32,000 nt of DNA from Mucisphaera calidilacus. GTDB lineage: Bacteria; Planctomycetota; Phycisphaerae; Phycisphaerales; Phycisphaeraceae. Below the pieces are notes generated by a model, which worked only from the letters and a program-made list of their open reading frames with translations, did not search any database and was not told the DNA's origin. Numbering within the stretch: position 1 is the stretch's first letter; the number at the start of each line of letters is the position of its first letter. Shown here piece after piece: positions 29,203 through 32,000 of this stretch. The translations under genes and the position numbers were made by a program. The stretch is from contig NZ_CP036280.1 in assembly GCF_007748075.1 (NCBI RefSeq), positions 3,060,001 through 3,092,000 on the forward strand. Reading direction: 5' to 3'.

Positions 29203-30648
29203 TTGAACTTCGTCTCCATCGAATACCTCGTCTTCCTGGCCATCGTCTGGCTGGCCTACCTCGCGCTGCCCCTGCGCGGCCAGAACCTCCTCCTGCTCGC
29301 CGCCAGCTACTACTTCTACGCTCAGTGGGACTGGCGATTCCTCTCCCTCATCTGGATCTCCACCCTCGCCAACTACCTCGCCGGACGCGTCATCGCCGCG
29401 TCCAGCCGACCACGCATCAGGCACCTCGCCCTCGTCACCGCCATGGTCGTCAACCTCGTCCTCCTCGGCTTCTTCAAGTACTTCAACTTCTTCGTCGACA
29501 GCGCCGCGGCGGCCACCGACGCCCTCGGCCTCAGCCTCCCCCTCTCCACACTCTCGATCATCCTGCCCATCGGCATCTCCTTCTACACCTTCCAGACGAT
29601 GAGCTACACCATCGACGTCTACCGAGGCGTCATGCCCGAGACACGCAGCCTCGTCAACTTCTCCCTCTTCGTCGCCTTCTTCCCCCAACTCGTCGCCGGA
29701 CCGATCGAACGCGCCAAACACCTGCTCCCCATCCTCGAATCTCGACGAACCCTCGCCACCGACGAGATCGTCCGCGGACTCTTCCTCATCCTCCTGGGCA
29801 TGGTCAAGAAACTCGCCATCGCCGACGGACTCAGCCGCAGCGTCGACGCGATCTACGGCAGCAGCCAGGACCTCAGCGGAGGCGACGTCCTCCTCGCCAC
29901 CTACGCCTTCGCCTTCCAGATCCTCTGCGACTTCTCCGCCTACACCGACATCGCACGAGGCACCGCCAAGCTCTTCGGCATCGACCTCATGATCAACTTC
30001 GACGCACCCTTCTTCGCACGAAGCCCCAGCGAGTTCTGGCGACGATGGCACATCTCACTCTCCACCTGGCTACGCGACTACCTCTACATCCCGCTCGGCG
30101 GCAACCGCGCCTCGCGATGGCTCACCTTCCGTAACCTCTCGCTCACCATGATCCTCGGCGGGCTCTGGCACGGCGCCGCATGGAACTTCGTCATCTGGGG
30201 CGCCTACCACGGCGCGATCCTCTGCCTCTTCCGCGTCCTGCACCGAAGCCGACCGGCACCAGAACCCACCGACCCGAACCCCCAGCCGCCACGAACGCTC
30301 CGGCACAACCTGGGCGTCGCGATCGGCATCGCCGCCTTCTTCCAGATGACCTGCTACGGCTGGCTGCTCTTCCGCGCAGAGTCCTTCGAACAGATCGTGC
30401 GCTTCACCACCCTCATCATCACACCCGACGGATGGACGGCCCTCAGCATCCCGCGACCGCCGCTCAGCGCCCTCGCAGGACTCGTCTTCCTCGTCGCCTG
30501 GGAAGGGCTGACCTACCGCCACGGCAACGCCTCCTTCTACCGCGACTGGCACCCGCTCCTCCGGGGCGCGCTCATCGGACTGCTGCTGATCCTCCTCGCC
30601 ATGGGAATGTCGAATGAATCCGCCACCTTCATCTACTTCCAGTTCTAA
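29203..30648 (+). CDS. MBOAT-family membrane O-acyltransferase (AlgI/DltB/PatA-like)
   Basis: The N-terminus MNFVSIEYLVFL... is typical of AlgI-like proteins. GISFYTFQTMSYTIDVYRG, FFPQLVAGPIERA, FWRRWHISLSTWLRDYLYIPLGGNR (contains the conserved His) and LWHGAAWNF. TTG start at 29203. Confidence 0.85.
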   Translation: MNFVSIEYLVFLAIVWLAYLALPLRGQNLLLLAASYYFYAQWDWRFLSLIWISTLANYLAGRVIAASSRPRIRHLALVTAMVVNLVLLGFFKYFNFFVDSAAAATDALGLSLPLSTLSIILPIGISFYTFQTMSYTIDVYRGVMPETRSLVNFSLFVAFFPQLVAGPIERAKHLLPILESRRTLATDEIVRGLFLILLGMVKKLAIADGLSRSVDAIYGSSQDLSGGDVLLATYAFAFQILCDFSAYTDIARGTAKLFGIDLMINFDAPFFARSPSEFWRRWHISLSTWLRDYLYIPLGGNRASRWLTFRNLSLTMILGGLWHGAAWNFVIWGAYHGAILCLFRVLHRSRPAPEPTDPNPQPPRTLRHNLGVAIGIAAFFQMTCYGWLLFRAESFEQIVRFTTLIITPDGWTALSIPRPPLSALAGLVFLVAWEGLTYRHGNASFYRDWHPLLRGALIGLLLILLAMGMSNESATFIYFQF

Positions 30649-31762
30649 GCGAGCACGAGGCATCAGACCACGCGACGCGCTCTACTGCCTCGCGGGCGCC
30701 GTCCTCGTCGTGCTCGCCTTCGACCTCACCGTCGCCTCGCTCTTCTCCATACCCGCCGACCAGCCACTGCCACACGGCCCCCTCCAACGCTTCTTCAGCT
30801 ACGGCCAGAGCAGCGAGTCCAAACTCCAACGCACCGTCGGCGAACCGGGCACCGAACCCGCCAGCATCGTCCGCGCCGGCTGGATCCCCACCGAACTCTA
30901 CGAGCCTCCCGACAACTGGGACACCGCCCCACAACGCGTCGCCGTCTACGGCATGTCGTTCACCAACCACATCGCCAAAGAACTCCAGCACAACCACCCC
31001 GAACTCGCCGTCATGACCCGAGCCGGACCCGGCGCACCCTTCAACCACAGCTACGCCATGATCCGCGCCGACCCCCACGCCGCCCAGGCCTCATGGGTCT
31101 GCGTCGGCATCCTCTCCTCGTCTCTGCCCTACCTCCAGTCGATGTCAGGCATGAGCTACGCCCTCGAAAGCCCCACACCCTTCGCCTACCCGCGCTTCCA
31201 GGCTGTCGACGGCACCCTCCAACGCATCGACCCGGTCATCGACAACCTCGACACCTTCGCCCGGGCGTTCCGCAGCCGCGACGCCCTTTACCTGCAGCAC
31301 ATCGACCGACTCCGCCAGGAAGACGCCTTCTTCAACACCCTCTTCTACCACGCCTCCTTCCTCGACCGCTCCGCCTTCCTCAGCCTCATGCGCCGCGCCT
31401 ACGGCAAACGATGGATCGCCTCACGCAAAGCAGCCATCTACAACCCCCGCGACGGCTACCAGACCGACCACCCCGCCCTCGCCGCCGTCCCCCTCATGAT
31501 CGACAACCTCCACGAACAAACCACCGCGAACCAACAGCAACTCCTGATCATCCTCCTCCACGCCCGAGGCGAACCCGGCCACCTCGACGCCTGGCTCTCC
31601 CCCCACCTCGAGCAACGAGGCATCCCCACCCTCTCCACAACCACGCTCTTCGACGCGACCGACACGCTCAACTTCATCGGCGACGGCCACTACCAGCCCG
31701 AACTCGACCGCACCCTCGCCGAGGCGCTCTACGCCCTGATCAGCAACCCCTCACCCGACTGA
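30614..31762 (+). CDS. Membrane-anchored hypothetical protein, putative SGNH/DltD/AlgJ-like acyl-transfer partner of the MBOAT
   Basis: ATG 30614 overlaps the MBOAT 3' end by 35 nt. Basic N-terminus plus a TM helix (ALYCLAGAVLVVLAFDLTVASLF). Possible nucleophile block VAVYGMSFTNH and a C-terminal Asp/His block FIGDGHYQPE. The function rests on weak motif resemblance and on gene pairing. Confidence 0.45.
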   Translation: MNPPPSSTSSSKRARGIRPRDALYCLAGAVLVVLAFDLTVASLFSIPADQPLPHGPLQRFFSYGQSSESKLQRTVGEPGTEPASIVRAGWIPTELYEPPDNWDTAPQRVAVYGMSFTNHIAKELQHNHPELAVMTRAGPGAPFNHSYAMIRADPHAAQASWVCVGILSSSLPYLQSMSGMSYALESPTPFAYPRFQAVDGTLQRIDPVIDNLDTFARAFRSRDALYLQHIDRLRQEDAFFNTLFYHASFLDRSAFLSLMRRAYGKRWIASRKAAIYNPRDGYQTDHPALAAVPLMIDNLHEQTTANQQQLLIILLHARGEPGHLDAWLSPHLEQRGIPTLSTTTLFDATDTLNFIGDGHYQPELDRTLAEALYALISNPSPD

Positions 31763-32000
31763 ACCGCCCCACTGAATCACCAGGTACGCGAAATACATCA
31801 GCACCAGCGGCGCTCCCATCCAACGCGAAAAACGCCCACGCCGGACCGCCATCGCGATGAACACCCTGAACAACACCAGCATCGCGATCAGCGTCGGCAG
31901 GTGAAGCTCCAAAAACACGTTCGGCCACGACGCCCCCGGCTCGGTCAAAGGCAGCGGAGCCGCCAACGCCGCAAAACCAATCACAAACAACACATTCAGC
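31751..32000 (-). CDS. C-terminal fragment of a polytopic membrane protein (possibly CaCA/YrbG-type cation antiporter); 5' end lies beyond the window
   Basis: The frame is open to the window end (the track's GTG start at 31993 is internal). G/T-ending codon bias of minus-strand genes. The hydrophobic helices and the ending ...AVRRGRFSRWMGAPLVLMYFAYLV resemble the R.G.lsR.EG..LL..Y..Y terminus of Na+/Ca2+ exchanger-family proteins. Overlaps the convergent gene by 12 nt. Confidence 0.35.
   Translation of the reverse strand, partial: LNVLFVIGFAALAAPLPLTEPGASWPNVFLELHLPTLIAMLVLFRVFIAMAVRRGRFSRWMGAPLVLMYFAYLVIQWGGSVG

Noticed and set aside
29167-30663. Minus-strand ORFs 29167-30051 and 30070-30663, and plus ORF 29178-30134
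   Set aside because: They overlap the MBOAT gene, whose frame shows conserved MBOAT blocks. The alternatives are Gly/Glu/Asp- or Arg/Pro-rich.

Overview
This is a high-GC, gene-dense bacterial chromosomal segment. I see no rRNA, tRNA, CRISPR array, transposase, integrase or recognisable defence genes. Several protein signatures suggest Planctomycetota, possibly Phycisphaerae; this is inference only. They are an alternative complex III next to a caa3 oxidase, a DUF1559 / H-X9-DG-like pilin fold, a PEP-CTERM-like tail and an AroD-AroE fusion.

Positions 1-12427 (minus strand) form one co-directional respiratory block: actA-actB-actC-actD-actE-actF, a small membrane ORF, an SCO copper chaperone, caa3-type oxidase subunit II and subunit I. 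Subunit I runs off the window start and is missing from the supplied ORF track.

The rest is mostly housekeeping:
- a parvulin/SurA-like lipoprotein and yraN
- fused aroD-aroE
- lysA and gmhA
- a class V cysteine desulfurase
- pyrE, an SDR oxidoreductase and ruvB

A few less ordinary items are interspersed:
- an ECF sigma factor coupled to a membrane protein whose outer domain looks like a DUF1559 pseudopilin
- an orphan Cys-rich 131-aa protein with its own promoter-like element, long leader, perfect SD and terminator
- a distant GH52-like cytoplasmic protein
- an orphan GspE/PilB-type ATPase with an N-terminal FHA domain
- a PEP-CTERM-like secreted protein
- an MBOAT acyltransferase with an overlapping putative SGNH/DltD-like partner

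The strongest signal not tied to one gene is an extreme strand-dependent synonymous codon choice. Plus-strand genes use NNC/NNA codons and minus-strand genes use NNG/NNT codons.

I did not find a convincing self-contained novel multi-gene system. The findings below are candidates, not discoveries. Many long ORFs in the track are antisense or out-of-frame artefacts of the GC-rich composition.
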